Assembly (NCBI GenBank): GCA_018985225.1
Contig: JADGIF010000400.1
Span: forward strand, 1-9,320
Origin: Amoeboradix gromovi X-113
Taxonomy: Eukaryota; Fungi; Sanchytriomycota
Direction of reading: 5' to 3'
Length of the DNA: 9,320 nt
Shown here piece by piece: positions 7,933-9,320 of this stretch (position 1 is the stretch's first letter; every line of letters starts with the position of its first letter). The notes beneath the pieces are model-generated. The model was given only the letters and a program-made list of their open reading frames with translations. It made no database searches and was not told where the DNA came from. The position numbers and the translations under genes were made by a program.

Positions 7933-8215
7933 CATTGTAGAAGCAAAAGCATAGGCGGTACAGAAGACAATCCTTAAAGAATTGCCCGATATTTAATCAC
8001 ACCAGAATGGAGACTCATGCACCGTTTACAAGACATTGTTAGATATTTCTACCTATACCCCAAAAGATAAGATCTCATATGTCAAGTCTTATGCAACAAG
8101 CAAAAAAGGATTTTGAAATAAGTTTCGGCACTTTTCTAAGGACTTTACAAGCACTAGAACAATTAAAAAACTGGAAGTAAGTAGATAAAACACGGCTGAA
8201 AAAAAATCTTTATTG

Positions 8216-8512
8216 TTATCCGCCATGTAATGTTGATATAAATACAATCTCGTCTCTACTGTTTAGTTTATGTTTGTAGGTGTTTTCTAGTTCCCAATCG
8301 GTATCGTTAACTAGCACTAGTATGCCAGGCGTTAGTATACCAACCTCGTTTGCAAATACATCTGACTTTATATGTTTTTCTCTTATTTCTTTTATTAAAG
8401 TTTGCAAGTTGCCTGTAATGTCTAGTTTTAAATCCTCACTCAATTGTTCTAATCCTCCACTAAACTTTACGGTAATGAAATTATTCATGTTTGCCTCCTC
8501 TTGGTGGGTCAT
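8216..8512 (-). CDS. URM1: Ubiquitin-related modifier 1 (sulfur carrier for tRNA U34 thiolation); 98 aa from ATG 8512 or 90 aa from ATG 8488
   Basis: V.FSGGLE, PGILVLVNDTDWEL and C-terminal FISTLHGG. Confidence 0.96.
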   Translation of the reverse strand: MTHQEEANMNNFITVKFSGGLEQLSEDLKLDITGNLQTLIKEIREKHIKSDVFANEVGILTPGILVLVNDTDWELENTYKHKLNSRDEIVFISTLHGG

Positions 8513-8530
8513 TTCAAAGTATTTTTGAAA
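8512..8530. promoter_or_regulatory. Inverted repeat within the minimal divergent URM1/GNAT intergenic region
   Basis: TTTCAAA-gtatt-TTTGAAA lies between two divergent start codons 26-50 bp apart. Function is inferred only. Confidence 0.3.
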
Positions 8531-8538
8531 CAACACTC

Positions 8539-9084
8539 ATGGACAGTAACTTCAAATGTCGCACTGCAAACATACATGATGCTGAGGCCATCCGCGATAT
8601 TTATTCCCCAGCAATATGCGGCAGTGCTACATCATTTGAAGTAGAGATTCCATCAATTGCCGAAATGCAAAATAGAATCCGAGAAATACTCAATACGCTG
8701 CCATGGCTTGTGTGCGAACACGATGGCATCGTCATAGGATACAGTTATGCCAGCCCTCATCATCATCGTAAAGCTTACCAATATTCTGTGGATGCTGCAA
8801 TTTACATTCATAAAGATTGGCAATCAAAAGGCGTTGGAAAGTTACTACTTACCAAGCTTTTTGATTGTCTTAAAACCCTAGGCTACTATAATGTGTATGC
8901 CGGGATTACAATTCCAAATCCGGCTAGTCTAGCCTTGCATAAGAGAATGGGAATGGAGGTTGTAGGTACCTATAAAAAAATCGGGTACAAGTATGAGAAA
9001 TGGCACGACGTGTTGTGGCTACATGGCACCCTACAAGAACATACAGTACCTCCGAAAAGCATTCAAAAATTTGAAGTGAGTTAA
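8539..9084 (+). CDS. GNAT N-acetyltransferase, phosphinothricin / methionine-sulfoximine / arsinothricin (Pat/Bar, YncA/MnaT, ArsN1) family, 181 aa
   Basis: DAEAIRDIY, SFE..P...EM..RI, PWLV.E..G.V.GY.YAS, R.AY, acetyl-CoA motif QSKGVGK, AGI..PN.AS.ALH, GYK..KWHDV.W. First ATG at 8539. Confidence 0.92.
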   Translation: MDSNFKCRTANIHDAEAIRDIYSPAICGSATSFEVEIPSIAEMQNRIREILNTLPWLVCEHDGIVIGYSYASPHHHRKAYQYSVDAAIYIHKDWQSKGVGKLLLTKLFDCLKTLGYYNVYAGITIPNPASLALHKRMGMEVVGTYKKIGYKYEKWHDVLWLHGTLQEHTVPPKSIQKFEVS

Positions 9085-9120
9085 TTACCTTAAAATAAAT
9101 TTTGTATTTTAAGTGATTTA

Positions 9121-9238
9121 TTTAAATGGGACATGCTCTGTAGAAAGTAGACTGGGGGTAAAAAGCGAGTGACGAGATTTACCCAGTTGAAATTTTCACA
9201 GTAGTGTCCCATATTTCTTCACCTAGGCAATAGGCGAA
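9121..9238 (-). ncRNA. Putative Fanzor1 omegaRNA scaffold / element right end (copy B)
   Basis: Minus strand: hairpin TTCGCCTA-ttgcc-TAGGTGAA (9238-9218). Then a long hairpin ATGGGACA..CTGT-GAAA..ACTGGG-TAAA..loop..TTTA..CCCAGT..TTTC..ACAG..TGTCCCAT (9212-9126). Then TTAAA to 9121. Confidence 0.7.
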
Positions 9239-9320
9239 ACTACTTTATCAGTGATCCTTTGTTGCCAACCTGGTCTCTCACCATTCGCTAGCAAACTATC
9301 TACCACTTGAAGATTATTAC
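9223..9320 (-). mobile_element. 3' end of a second Fanzor1-family ORF, running in from beyond the window
   Basis: Minus frame from 9318 reads NNLQVVDSLLANGERPGWQQRITDKVVSPIA*. It aligns without gaps to KIEQVVKSYCCIHEKPKWQE of the 7587-7901 ORF (QVVxS-x5-E[KR]PxWQ, 8/16 identical). It also fits the Fanzor1 C-terminal G-x-RP motif. Confidence 0.72.

Noticed and set aside
574-8512. TYW1 and URM1 as a tRNA-modification gene cluster
   Set aside because: They act in different pathways and are ~6 kb and several unrelated genes apart. This is expected by chance in a dense genome.
559-8528. Short track ORFs overlapping real genes (559-783, 796-1032, 1991-2191, 2812-3030, 3046-3243, 3252-3455, 3879-4076, 4722-4985, 5231-5422, 5504-5722, 6301-6486, 6544-6738, 7599-7865, 8280-8528)
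   Set aside because: They are antisense or off-frame shadows of well-supported genes, have no motifs, and many start at non-ATG codons.

Overview
AT-rich, apparently intron-free and very gene-dense eukaryotic DNA. It probably comes from a compact-genome early-diverging fungus or relative (inference). Host genes: TYW1 (-), a 44-aa twin-CX9C COA4-like gene missing from the ORF track (-), RPS6/eS6 (+), a multipass membrane protein (-), an ABHD1-3/Eht1/YheT-type alpha/beta hydrolase (+), a possibly LETM1-like protein (-), URM1 (-) and a bacterial-type Pat/Bar/ArsN1-like GNAT (+). The main result is three separate relics of Fanzor (eukaryotic TnpB-type RNA-guided nuclease) elements, mostly invisible in the ORF track. 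(1) A Fanzor2/IS607-TnpB-like remnant at ~112-401, followed by a highly structured putative omegaRNA at ~402-501. (2) A frameshifted Fanzor1 pseudogene at ~6909-7901 that keeps the D-E-D RuvC triad and Zn ribbon. (3) The 3' end of a related Fanzor1 on the minus strand at the right edge (9223-9320). Elements 2 and 3 share one 3' RNA architecture: a small hairpin, then a long hairpin closed by TGGGACA/TGTCYCA, then TTTAAA. This defines a candidate omegaRNA scaffold, element end and guide boundary directly from the sequence.
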